A stretch of 63,651 nt of DNA, counting the filler, from Octopus bimaculoides (taxonomy: Eukaryota), in NCBI RefSeq assembly GCF_001194135.2. It is 5 parts of 5 records of this genome, joined end to end, with 100 filler letters (N's around TTAATTAATTAA, not from the genome) between each part and the next. Parts side by side here need not be neighbours in the genome. Positions count along the whole stretch, not along the records: positions 31,564 to 43,202 come from NC_068985.1; positions 43,303 to 53,724 come from NC_068991.1; 3 more parts are not named here. One strand, written 5' to 3'. The notes under the pieces are model-generated. The model had not been told where the DNA came from. It searched no databases and saw only the letters and a program-made list of their open reading frames with translations. Position 1 is the stretch's first letter, and each line of letters begins with the position of its first letter. The position numbers were made by a program, and so were the translations under genes. Below, piece after piece: positions 40,615 to 52,452 of this stretch.

Positions 40615-40900
40615 TCACTGCCAGTGCTGCTGGACTCACTCCTGTGCAGGTGGCATGTAAAAAAAAACACCATTTTGAGCGTGGCCGTTGTCAGTACCAC
40701 CTGTCTGGCCCTTGTGCCGGTGGCACGTAAAAGCACCCACTACACTCTCGGAGTGGTTGGCATTAGGAAGGGCATCCAGCTGTAGAAACTCTGCCAAATC
40801 AGATTGGAGCCTGGTGCAGCCATCTGGTTTGCCAGTCCTCAGTCAAATCATCCAACCCATGCCAGCATGGAAAGCGGACGTTAAACGATGATGATGATGA
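40615..40900 (+). mobile_element. SINE family C
   Basis: Same subunits, central block and (GAT)n tail as 31790-32228. Confidence 0.88.
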
Positions 40901-40967
40901 TCACCATGCTTGACCACTAAATCTACAAGCTTTTTTCATTCTCCCTCTGTTTATTTTCTCTTATTCT

Positions 40968-41001
40968 TTTCTGTTGAAGAGCATAGGCTCGAAACGTAAA
41001 A
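40968..41001 (+). ncRNA. Variant minimal hammerhead-like motif (CUGUUGA core)
   Basis: TTT-CTGTTGA-A-GAGC atag GCTC-GAAA-CGT-A-AAA. Perfect 4-bp stem II, ACGT palindrome and GUA triplet. A6 is replaced by U. Confidence 0.45.
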
Positions 41002-42143
41002 CACCTTTTTCATTTTCCTGAGTATCAAACTGATACACCAGTTTGTTGTTCATACACCTGTCTTTATCTTTTGTTTTTCTACAAATTTCAACTATATACA
41101 ATATATCTCTATTTACACAAATGGACGCCTCACCCAGTTTTCTTCTTCAAGGCACCCTCATTATCTGTCAGAACTTCAGCTTCTCCTTTGATTCTTCTAC
41201 CTTTTCTCATTGTGTGGAATCATTTCACTTTATACACCATCTTTCATCCTTATACATTTTTTACTGATCACCTCCTCTGAGCCACCAAATAATCTCCCCT
41301 TTTCTTTCCACCCTCATGCAGCCCTCACTTCCTCCACATATGCTGCCTGCCTCTCTTCTTCACACACACACACACACACACACACTAGCAACCTACTGAA
41401 CGATAAGTCATTTCTCTTTCATTTTCTCCCCCCACCTCACTTTCTCTCCAACTTTCTCTCTCTCCTACACCCTCTCCCATTCTCTTTCCCTTTCTTATTT
41501 TCTTACTCTTTCTCACTTTTAATCTCTATCTCACTCTTATGTCTCACTCTCTCACACTGTCTCACTCTTACTCTTTTTTTCACTCTCACTCTCTCTCCCT
41601 CTCACTTTCTGTTTATCTCTCTTTTTCTGTCTCTCTTTCTCACACAGTCATTCCCCCACTAATTACAATATCAACATTACTATTCCGCAGCTCTTCATCC
41701 CCATGCATCATTGGACACCTCCATCCCTTATCCACCATACACCCCTAAACACTTGTTCTTCATTCATTATATTCCCACCCACCCTGACATTCATTAGCCC
41801 ACCCCCAGCCCTGCCTCCCACTTTACCCACACACTTTTGCGACCTCTACCCATCCACACTCCCTGATCCTCTGTATCCCTTACTACTATTCACCCGATAC
41901 CATGAGGGTCCACCCAGACACATCATCACCAATATTTTTTTACTCTTGCCAGCACCAACCTGATCCACCCACCCACACACACACTCACCTTCTCTTCTGA
42001 AATATGAGTAACTTATATTACAGCTCAGTGTTTTTCAACCATTTTTTTCACCTATGAACTCCTTTGATCCCTATATTACTCACATGGACCCTCCTAGCCG
42101 TTCAATGTTTAAAAAATCATATAATATTTTTGTAATTAAATAT

Positions 42144-42543
42144 AGGCGCAGGAGTGGCTGTGTGGTAAGTAGCTTGCTTACCAACCACATGGTTCCGGGT
42201 TCAGTCCCACTGCGTGACACCTTGGGCAAGTGTCTTCTACTATAGCCTCAGGCCGACCAAAGCCTTGTGAGTACATTTGGTAGACGGAAACTGAAAGAAG
42301 CCCGTCGTATATATGTATATGTATATATATATATATGTGTGTTTGTGTGTCTGTGTTTGTCCCCCCAACATCACTTGACAACCGATGTTGGTGTGTTTAC
42401 ATCCCCATAACTTAGTGGTTCGGCAAAAGAGACCGATATAATAAGTACTAGGCTTACAAAGAATAACTCCAGGGGTCGAATTGCTTGACTAAAGGCGGTG
42501 CTCCAGCATGGCCGCAGTCAAATGACTGAAACAAGTAAAAGAG
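42144..42543 (+). mobile_element. tRNA-derived SINE family B, full length, with 22-bp TSD
   Basis: Head ggagtggctgtgtggtaag...gggttcagtccc. TSD taatatttttgtaat(t/c)aaatat at 42122-42143 and 42544-42565. Confidence 0.95.
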
Positions 42544-42799
42544 TAATATTTTTGTAATCAAATATTAGTAGGAATTGTGCTAAAAAAAAAATGTGAAAAT
42601 ATTTTGTGCCTTGTGGAAGTAGGACCAATTTATTTCAACTAAATTTTAGCAACAACATCTTTTATGGAGCTCCAAGGGCCAAATGGATCCTGGTTCAGAA
42701 CCATTGATGTAGCCCCTTTACAGCAAAAGCATCTGTTCTATTTTAGCCCTTTCACTAATACTTTAACCCATCATCTCCTTGCATAAAGTCATTTCTCTT

Positions 42800-43055
42800 G
42801 GGGTTCATCACCTTGTAAGCTGCATGGCAACCTCATTAGTGGTTGGTGGTATTAAAAAAAAAGTACTCAGTATACACTGTGAAATGATTGGCATTAGGAA
42901 TGGCATCCAGCCATAGAAACCATGCCAAAGTAGACAATGGAGCACAATGCAGTCCTTGGACACATCAGATCCTGATAAACTATCCGACTCATGACAGCAT
43001 TGAACAATGGAACGTGTACATTGAACAATAATGATCACAATGATGGTACATTTGT
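42800..43055 (+). mobile_element. SINE family C fragment
   Basis: gattggcattaggaatggcatccagccatagaaacc central block. Confidence 0.65.
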
Positions 43056-43165
43056 GTGGTGGGGTACTCTGTGTGTGTGTGAGCATTGCTCCCAAAAATA
43101 TTTTATTCATGTGTGTGTGTGTGTGTATACATACACTCATGCGCACACTCATATATATATGTATG

Positions 43166-43202
<37 letters not shown>

Positions 43203-43304
43203 NNNNNNNNNNNNNNNNNNNNNNNNNNNNNNNNNNNNNNNNNNNNTTAATTAATTAANNNNNNNNNNNNNNNNNNNNNNNNNNNNNNNNNNNNNNNNNN
43301 NNAT

Positions 43305-43530
43305 ATGCATGTGTGTATGTGTTTGTGTCTGTCCCCCCAACATCGCTTGACAACCGATGCTGGTGTGTTTACGTCCCCGTAACTTAGCGGTTCGGCAAAA
43401 GATCTCGATAGAATAAGTACTAGCTTTACAAAGAATAAGTCCTGGGGTCGATTTGCTCGACTAAAGGTGGTTTTCCAGCATGGCCACAGTCAAATGATTG
43501 AAACAAGTAAAAGAGTAAAGAGTAAAAGCG
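43305..43530 (+). mobile_element. SINE family B 3' half (5' part probably in the gap)
   Basis: Matches 42345-42543. Confidence 0.9.
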
Positions 43531-43544
43531 TATATGGTTGCTAC

Positions 43545-43720
43545 AGCTTTATCAACAGTGCAAACGCGGGCAGCTGAATTTAGGAAGGTTAACGAAGAGA
43601 CTTGAAAATGGCCCAAAGACTGGACGTCTAGCAACTGCCACCACCGACAAAAACATTGATAGTGTTCACCACATGACAGGCAATTGGCAATAGATCAAAT
43701 AGCCAATGTTATTAGCGAAC
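43545..43720 (+). mobile_element. mariner transposase N-terminal fragment
   Basis: ALSTVQTRAAEFRK followed by LENGPKTGRLATATTDKNIDSVHHM, the typical mariner HTH / GRP-like linker region. Confidence 0.7.
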
Positions 43721-43802
43721 ATTAACATCGGCCCAATGTTTTAGTTCTGTGCCTTTGAAGAGAAGTTGGAACAAGTTTTGTGTAAATAAGGTGTCTATAA
43801 TA

Positions 43803-44424
43803 CAGTAATCTCTCGCCATATCGCGATTCACCTATCGCGGTTTATTATTTAAGCTTACGTCGATTCCTCCGAGGCGTTGTTTTTCGTTTATAATAAAATA
43901 GATATATGCAAATTATAAAAATAATTTAAAAAAATATACAGTACAGTACTGTTTCTACTTCGCGGATTTTCACCTATCGTGTGGTGTTTTGGAACGTTGT
44001 TGTTGTTGGCACTCCGTCGCTTACGACGACGAGGGTTCCAGTTGATCCGATCAACGGAACAGCCTACTCGTGAAATTACCGTGCAAGTGGTTGAGCATTC
44101 CACAGACACGTGTACCCTTAACGTAGTTCTCGGGGATATTCAGCGTGACACAGTGTGACAAGGCTGACCCTTTGAATTACAGGCACAACAGAAACAGGAA
44201 GTTAGAGTGAGAGAAAGTTGTGGTGAAAGAGTACAGCAGGGTTCGCCACCATCCCCTGCCGGAGCCTCGTGTAGCTTTAGCTGTTTTCGCTCAATAAACA
44301 CTCACAACGCCCGGTCTGGGAATCGAAACCGCGATCTTATGACCGCGAGTCCGCTGCCCTAACCACTGGGCCATTGCGCCTCCACTTTTGGAATGTAACA
44401 CCCACAATAATCAACGGATTACTG
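43803..44424. mobile_element. Tigger/pogo-like MITE with a nested SINE
   Basis: TA-cagtaatc... and ...gattactg-TA termini (TA at 43801-43802 and 44425-44426). Confidence 0.75.
43997..44383 (-). mobile_element. tRNA-derived SINE family D, full length
   Basis: Head ggaggcgcaatggcccagtggttagg (A box) and ggtttcgattccc (B box), (CAA)n tail, and TSD ttttggaa(c/t)g at 43987-43996 and 44386-44395. Confidence 0.95.
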
Positions 44425-44920
44425 TATTGTAGTCGAAAATAAGTGACAAATTCCCAATAGAAAAACCTACCGTGTTTAATAGCGAGAGTTTCATTACAAT
44501 ACGGCTATAATCATATATATTTGCATTTAAATTTATTGAGGATGATGCATCAATATTTTGGTTTGGTAAGAAGGAGCATGAATAAACGTTAACTCATTAT
44601 AAGACATGCACTGCTTGAATTGAGATGCTTTTTCAGTTTGAGGAGCGTACTGTTTGAAGTTAGATGTTATGAATTTTGCCCTCCTAACTGTTCGGACAGC
44701 ATGCGATGTATTAAACAATGTAGCAGAACACGGAGATTCAGTTTGTCATCAGAGACATAAACGAGCAAACTGTTGGAATTTATTGAAAGAAGCAAAAAGT
44801 TGATGTTATGAGACAAAATAGGTAGATTTTATCGTAGAAATAAAATTTATTCAAGTTAGTTGATGCAAAAAGAAAAAGAATTTATTAACAAAAGGGACAA
44901 ATACATGGCTTGAGGACATT

Positions 44921-44985
44921 CAATGACTGCTCTCTCAATGCTTGCTCTCTCAATACTTGCTCTCTCAATGCTTGCTCTCTCAATG
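44921..44985. repeat. 15-bp minisatellite, about 4.3 copies
   Basis: caatgcttgctctct unit. Confidence 0.95.
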
Positions 44986-45069
44986 GAATTTGTTAACATT
45001 TGATGTTTGTATGATTCAAATTAGAGTGAGAAAATTCTAGTGGCTTTCCATCGTAAGTTACTGAGGTAT

Positions 45070-45288
45070 TTGTGGTGTGCTGAAAAGTTCCTGGCTTTAA
45101 GAGTATCGCGAAAGGCCTAGTTGGAGGCCCAATCTTCTGAGTTCTTTTACAGGACTTACAAAACTGAAGGACCACTGCAATAAGTGTGTGAATCTGAGAG
45201 GGGTAATATGTTGGATAAAATCATAATTAATTGTTTTTCCTGTATTTTCTTTTACCCAAAGCCAGGAACTTTTCAGCACCCCTTTGTA
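45070..45288 (+). mobile_element. mariner-derived MITE
   Basis: Perfect 22-bp inverted repeat gtgctgaaaagttcctggcttt (45077-45098 / 45258-45279). The interior retains a C-terminal remnant, DHCNKCVNLRG. Confidence 0.85.
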
Positions 45289-45719
45289 CATAATAATTGG
45301 CGTCTATAAATGTGTTAAATACTACAATGATAATTCTACTCATTACTTTTATTTTCATCAAACAGCATTAGCAAACTACAAAAACAATTCTAGGCGATTT
45401 CAACGAATTCTTAGATGTTAAATTAAAATTTCAAGACATTGTACAAAAATATAGACGCCACGTTTAAAACAATCTAAAGTGTTATAAACGCCTTTGATAT
45501 ACATCAGTAAGTTATTAGAGAAAACGCCTGAGAAAATTTGAGTTAGTACCATTTTAATGATATGCATCACTGCATTTTTACTATAAATAAACTAAATAAC
45601 GACACGGGCACATTGATTCTAATTGGCTCTTTAACAAACAAATTAATCAAAAGATAACTACCACCACAACACAAACAGAATATAAATTATAATCATCAAC
45701 AACAACAACAACAATAATA

Positions 45720-46270
45720 ATCCTATCTATTATAGACACAAGGCCTGAAATTTTGGGAGAGGGAGATAGTGCTCAACTAGTACTCATTTCATCAACCCCG
45801 AAAGGATGAGAGGCAAAGTCGACCTCGGCGAAATTTGAACTTAAACACAAAACGTTGCCAAGTATTTTATCAATAATAATAATAATAACCCTTTTTACTA
45901 TAGGCACAAAGCCTGGAATTTGGGGCAGGGGGATAGTCGATTACATCGACCTCAGTGTTTCACTGGTACTTAATTTATCGACCCCGAAAGGATGAAAGGC
46001 AAAGTCGACCTCAGCGGAATTTGAACTCAGAACATAGTGACGGGCGGACGGGCGTCATACCGCTAAGCATTTCGTCCAGTGTGCTAACGATTTTGCCAAC
46101 CCGCCGCCTTTTTCTTTCTACTAAACGCACAAGGCCTGAAATTTTGCGGGAGAGGACTAGTCGATTACATCGACCCCAGTGTTTCACTGGTACTTATTAC
46201 ATCAACCCCGAAAGGATGAAAGACAAAGTCGACCTCGACGGAATTTGAACTCAGAACGTGGAGACAGATA
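45720..46270 (-). mobile_element. Three head-to-tail SINE family A copies
   Basis: The tail motif gcacaaggcctg and the core recur at about 45722-45845, 45890-46110 and 46112-46270. Confidence 0.9.
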
Positions 46271-46289
46271 AAATGTTGCTAATTCAGTA

Positions 46290-47942
46290 GTTTACATGGG
46301 AGGCTGAGGGAACAACTTCAGGGTTGCTTTAATGGAGGAATAATACCAGATTGGATGACGAGAGGGAGGACAATACTCATTATGAAAGATAAGAGCAAAG
46401 GTAATACTGCTAGCAAGTATAGACCAATCACATGCTTACCATTAGTGTGGAAGCTGTTAACAGGAATGCTTTCAGAAAGCATTTACGAGCACCTTGACGA
46501 CCAGAATTTACTACCAGAAGAACAGAAAGGTTGCAGGAAGAAGGCTAAAGGAACGCATGATCTATTATATATAGACAAAACAGTTCTGAATGAAGTAAAA
46601 GCTACAAAGAAAAATCTACCAATAGCATGGATAGATTACAGAAAGCCTATGACATGATCCCACACTCATGGATAAGTGATTGTTTGAGTATATTCAGTAT
46701 AGCAGACAACATAAGAGAATTAATTAGCTTTAGCATAAAGAAATGGAAAGTAGATCTCTAACCCAGGTGACAGACTCTTAGGGAAAATTAATATCAACAG
46801 AGGAATTTTCCAAGGGGACGCGTTGTTGCCTTTAATATTTGTCTTATGTTTGATCCCCATCCGTTTAGCATTAAGGAAGGCAAAGGCAGGGTATCAGTTC
46901 AGAAATAGTAAGGAAAAAATTAACCATTCGCTCTACATAGATGAGCTGAAGCTTTTTACTAAGAATGAAAAATCGACATATTCCTTAATACAGACTGTAA
47001 GACCCTTCAGCAAAGATATAAGCATAGAATTTGACATAGATAAGTGTGCAATATTAGTCATGAAAAGGGGACAGGTAGTCAACAGCGAAGGCGTCCAATT
47101 ACCAGATGGCCAGACATTAAAATCATTGAAAGGAGGGAGAGTTATAAGTATCTAGGAGTATTAGAATCTGATAGAGTACTAACTACAAAAATGAAAACAA
47201 AAATTAAGAAGGAGTACATCAGAAGGGTGAGGAAGCTAATGGAGACAAAGTTAAATGGTTCGAATCTAGTGAAGGCTGTAAATACTTGGGCAGTATCATT
47301 ACTTAGATACCCAGCAGCTTTTGTATATTGGACAAAAATTGAATTAGCAAAGTTAAACAGAAGAACTAAGAAGGCATTCAATATAAATGGAGGACTTTAC
47401 CCAAGGGCAGGAGTAGCAAGATTATACCTACCTAGAAAGGAAGGTGGAAGAGGGTTAATATTAGTAGAAGACTGCGTGGAGTTATCTAGAGTAGATATAG
47501 ACTCCTATGTAGGTAATAGTGAAGAAAGTTTATTAAAAACTGCCAGAGTCACAGCAAGACATAAGGAAACCAAAACACCAAACGAACTTAAAAACCAGAA
47601 AAAAAGAACAGAAAATATCTGACTGGCAGGGGAAGGTGTTGCATGGTAGATTTCCAAAGATAATCTCAGCAAATAGTAGTAATGAGACATGTTATGATTG
47701 CAGAAAGAAAAGCTGAGGAAGGAGACAAAAAGTTTGTTAGTAGCTGCACAAGATCAAGCATTAAGGAATAGTTGGATAAAAACCGAGATAGACAAAAACC
47801 AAGTAGATCCCCACTGTAGATTATACAAATTAAAAGAGCACAGTGTTACTCATATAGTAAGTGCATGTAGCATGCATGCACAGAAAGAGTACAAGAAAAC
47901 ACTTGACAACCTAGGAAGAGTAATCCACTGGGAGTTATGTAT
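46290..47942 (+). mobile_element. R4/Dong-like non-LTR retrotransposon, RT through zinc-knuckle region (pseudogenised)
   Basis: YRPITCLP, PEEQKGCR, AWIDYRK-AYDMIPHSWI, RGIFQGDALLPL, LYIDELKL (YxDD site), YKYLG, LYLPRKEGGRGL, AAQDQAL and HIVSAC..IHWELC, with frameshifts and stops. Confidence 0.92.
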
Positions 47943-48004
47943 GTACATAATAGCAAATACCTTTTACTGTCATCTTAAGATCACACTATCGTCTTATAAT
48001 CAAA

Positions 48005-48609
48005 TTAGCAGTAAAACCCGTCTTTGATCGGGTAATTACTTTTACTGTCTATTTGGAGCCACATTGAAAGTATTGTTATTTGTGTAATTTACTCCTCCTG
48101 TATGTGTGTATTTTTAGAAGAGAAAACCATGTAATAATAGAAGTAGAAGAAAGATCAATATCATACATGAACTTGTGTTTGTTTATGACATGACAATAAT
48201 AAATGAGTTGTATGTGTTATTTTATTTATCTATTCAGTAATGGCAATGATATATTTTTATAAGAGAAAAGCATGTAATATTTAAAGTTAAAAAAAGATAT
48301 TTTTACACATGAAGTTCTGTTTGTTTATTACATGATAATGATAAGCGAGATGTATCTATTATTGTATTTATCAATACAGTAATGACAATTCTATAATACA
48401 GTTCATTGAAATAGGTAACTTACCTTTTCTTGAATGTAATGGTAGTAATGGTAAATGAAGTTATTGAAGTATTCATGCTGCATTAAAAATGAATACTTCT
48501 TTATGAATAATGTTTTTTGTTTTATTTCGGAGTACACAAGTGAGAATTTCACTGATCAATTTTTTTAATAAAATTTTATCCTCATATTAGAAGTATATAC
48601 ATGTATGTA

Positions 48610-48668
<59 letters not shown>

Positions 48669-50520
48669 TAGCAGTAAAACCCGTCGTTGATCGGGTAATT
48701 ACTATTACTGCTTATCGGGAGCCACATTGAAAGTATTATTATGTGTATAATTTACTCCTCCTGTATGTGTATATTTTTAAAAGAGAAAACCATGTAATAA
48801 TTGTAGAAGAGAGATCAATATCATAAATCAACTTGTGTTTGTTTATATGACAATAATAAGTGAGTTGTATGTGTTATTTTATTTATCGATACAGTAATGG
48901 CAGTGATATAATATTTTTAGAAGACAAAATCATGTAATAATAGAAGTAGAAGAAAGATCATTTTTTTTTTTACATGAAGTTCTGTTTGTTTATTACAGGG
49001 TAATAATAGTGAGATGTATGTGTTATTTTATTTATCAATACAGTAATGACAATTCTATAATACAGTTCATTGAAATAGGTAATTTACTTATTCTTGAATG
49101 TAATGATAGTAATGGTAAATGATGTTATTGAAGAATTCATGTTGCATTAAGAATGAATATTTCTTTATGAATAATGTTTTTGTTTTATTTTGGGGTACAT
49201 ACACCTTTACTACAAACAGTGAGAATGTTTGGGTCAATGAAGTTTGTGCACAATTAATCTTGTACCATTGTATAATTTTGGTTGAGACAAAAACATGTAA
49301 TAGCATAATAGAAGACCCTTTTTATCAATTCAAGACAACGAGGATCTGTACCTGGTGATTGTTGTGAGTTACAAAATTCGATGGGGTAGTAGACACTATC
49401 CTGATCATCAACAACACTGTCAATTGAGTTATAAGTGAAAACTTCTGGAAGTTTATTCAATAGCATGTTACTAATGGTATGTAGGGGAACATGTTTTGGA
49501 GCCCGGATAGCTCTGTCACCGATGTAATCTGTATTGTTGTAATTATGAAGAAGATTAGGAAAGGTTTCATGCATCAAATCATCGACGGAATCAGTTGAAT
49601 TATATATTGCATTGAATGTAAGAAACTGTTCATCACTTGGAATTCTCCCTTCACCGAGTTTCAAAAGCTGCTCTGCAAATAATTCAGATGATCGAACCCT
49701 TCAAAGCGTCGATCTCATATAATAATTTAAGTAGAAAAGAGATGAACTTCATACATGAGCTTTAGTTTGTTTATTATAAGACAATAGCGATTTTTATTTT
49801 TTTATTATATTTATCAATACAATAATGGCAATTATATAATACAGTTCATTGAAATAGGTAATTTAGTCATTCTTGAATGTAATGACAGTAATGGGGAAAT
49901 TAAGTTATTGAAGTATTCATGTTGCGTTAAGAGTGAATATTTCTTTATAAACAATGTTTTTTGTTTTATTTCGGGGTGGATAAGTAAAAAAGATTTACTT
50001 TCGCTCCCACACATGATGCTCCTACATAGAGTTGGCCATGTGAAAAGCATGGTCCTTGAAGTTGCAATCCAGCAACTTTTAGTGTTTGGCCCTGAGCTTT
50101 ATTAATGCTCATGGCGAAAGAAACTCGGATAGAAAACTGTAACCGTTTAAATTGGAATGGGACATTAGCTGGTATAACTGGTATGCGAAAGATGAAGACG
50201 GTCTTACCTTTACCACAACTAGTGAGAATATTTGCCTCAATGCAGTTCCTCATAAGTTTGTGCACAATTAATCTTGTACCATTGCATAATTTGGTTGAGA
50301 CAAATTACACAATAGCATAATAGGAGTACCTTTTTTAGCTGAAAACAACAAGGAGCTGTATCTGGTGGCTCTAGGGAGTTCAAAAATTCGATAGAGTATT
50401 TCACACTATCCTGATCATCGACTGCCAATTGAATTATAAGTGAATATTTCTTCCGGAAGCTTATTCAATAGCATATTATTAATGCTAAGTTGAGCAACAT
50501 TTTTTGGAGCTAGGATAGCT
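48005..50520 (-). mobile_element. Helitron array: three tandem 3' regions with PIF1-like helicase remnants
   Basis: Minus strand FKRLQFSIRVSFAMSINKAQGQTL..FSHGQLYVGAS and NKTKNIVYKEIF. 3' hairpin ACCCG-N8-CGGGT followed by CTAG|T (48668-48671) and CTAA|T (48005-48008). Confidence 0.9.
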
Positions 50521-51183
50521 CGCTCACAGATTCAATTTGGATTGTTATAATTATAAAAAAGATTAGGAAAGATGTGTGTGTATTCTTTGAGTGAGGGAAA
50601 GAGAGAGAGAGACGGAAAGACAGAGAGAAAAAAGAGAAAGAAGGAAGAGAGAAAGAAAGAGAGAGAGAGAGAAAGAAAAAAAGAGAAGGGAAATAGACAG
50701 ATAGAGGAAAAAAGAAAATCATAGAGAGTAGAGAGATGGTGTTTACTTTTAGTTTCACTTTGCTGGACAAAGAGACAAGTAAAGAGACAGTAGCATGGCA
50801 GAGAGACAGACAGGTAGACAGACAGAGAATATAGAGGGGGAGAGAGAATAGAGGAGACATAGAATAGAAAGAAAATCATATTGAGATGGTGTCTAGTTTT
50901 AGTTTCACTTTGTGGGACAAACAGACAAACAGACAAAGAGAAAGAATCTCTCTTTTATATATATATTGATTACTTTTAAAACAAACTTTTAATTTACTTG
51001 TTTTGACAGACTTTCTCTAGAACAATATTTTGTGCAAAACCAAAAATATGGTACCCAAGTCATCAACTTGAACTTCTAACTTGTGTCTTGTGTTGTCTGG
51101 GTGAGACTTGGAGTCAATTTAGACAAATACGAAGCAAAAACCAAACAACAACAATAATAATAATAATAATAATAATAGTAATA

Positions 51184-51246
<63 letters not shown>

Positions 51247-51749
51247 GAAAAAGTAATGGACGAGAAGAGGAAGGCAAAAATCCTCTGGGACTTTGATTTC
51301 CAGATAGATAAGGTGTTAGAGCACTGAAGGCCGGATAGTAACCTTTAGGTCGGACAAACAAGAGTGCCAAATAATCGACGAGACAGTGCCAGGAGATCAA
51401 CATATCATCATTAAAGAAAAGAGAAAAGGTTGATAAATATGGAGACCTGAGAATTGAGATCGTTAAGATGTAGCAGCTACGAAAGTCAAACATAAAGGTT
51501 ATCTCTATTGTCATCGGAGTATTAGGTTTAATACCACCCAATCTGAAAAAGAAAAACCATCTGAAAACCTTAGAAATACCCTACAGTCTAGATGTATTGC
51601 AAAAGTCGGCACTACTTGGAACTGTGCGCATATTGCGTAAAGTACTGTCTGTCTGAGGTCTTTGTTGTGACTTGACAAACAGTATAAACCCCCTGTATAC
51701 ACAATATCTTCAATCAACAACCTTACGTTATTGTATACTGTCTGACGTC

Positions 51750-51750
<1 letters not shown>
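51247..51750 (+). mobile_element. 5'-truncated R4/Dong-like element (RLE domain plus 3' UTR) within (AAT)n
   Basis: KILWDFDFQIDKVLEH*RPD, KYGDLRIEI and LQKSALLGTVRILRKVLSV*. (AAT)n on both sides. Confidence 0.88.
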
Positions 51751-51808
<58 letters not shown>

Positions 51809-51848
51809 CAACAACAACAACAACAGCAACAGCAACAACAATAACAAC

Positions 51849-51893
<45 letters not shown>

Positions 51894-52408
51894 CTAAGGG
51901 AACAGGCCTAACTTATGGGTAGTAAGAGCATTGCAGTCTTGGTTGACAATCTTACTAGAGATGGTGTCTCGATAAAAATACCGGTTGGTGGCTAACCTTA
52001 AAACACATACCTCAATGTTGAGTGAAAATGTCTAATACAAATGTATCAAATAATGGTGTTATTGAGGCTGGAACCAAAAGTGAAAGCCTTTCACCCGGCA
52101 GGTGCCCTGTGTTTGAGCAGCTCAGGCCCGGTCGTCATCCAGAGACTGCTTGTAAACAAAGCCAGACGCAGAGAAGAAGGTGGGATAAGGAGGCAAACTG
52201 AACGGTAATTGAATGTTGGATCAGGAATAAAATAGAGCGCCCAATTGAACTGTTACAAAAGGCTTGCCTCCTTGGCACGCCAGAATAATCAGGGAAGTAT
52301 TAGACAGCTGAAAAGAATGGATTGCATGGTACTGTAGGCTGCAGGTAGTAAGCCCACAACGCATGCTAGACTCCAGGAGCTCCGACAAAACCTGTGTTAA
52401 AGAGAAAG
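51894..52408 (+). mobile_element. Internally deleted R4/Dong-like derivative (5' end fused to 3' end) within (AAT)n
   Basis: ATG at 52028 gives ...GRHPETA..RRRWDKEAN*TVIECWIRNK, fused in frame to IELLQKACLLGT, then RIIREVLDS*. (AAT)n on both sides. Confidence 0.75.
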
Positions 52409-52452
52409 TAATAATAATAATAATAATAATAATAATGATAATAATAATAATA

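Noticed and set aside
43997-44383. tRNA-like heads (A and B boxes) here and in the other SINEs as tRNA genes
   Set aside because: No complete cloverleaf or acceptor stem. They continue into SINE bodies with tails and TSDs.
44921-44985. Short direct-repeat arrays (also 30888-31020 and the SINE C subunits) as CRISPR-like
   Set aside because: No unique spacers of regular length, no cas genes, and a eukaryotic context.
47942-51250. The RT at 46.3-47.9 kb and the RLE at 51.25 kb as one element split by the Helitron
   Set aside because: About 20 codons are missing and the RLE piece has its own 5' (AAT)n flank, which fits an independent truncated insertion. Not fully excluded.
51894-52027. HDV-like ribozyme in the leader of the deleted Dong element (tagtaaga/tcttacta stem, ggctaa)
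   Set aside because: P2, P1.1 and a CC-containing L3 could not be assigned. A formal search would still be cheap.
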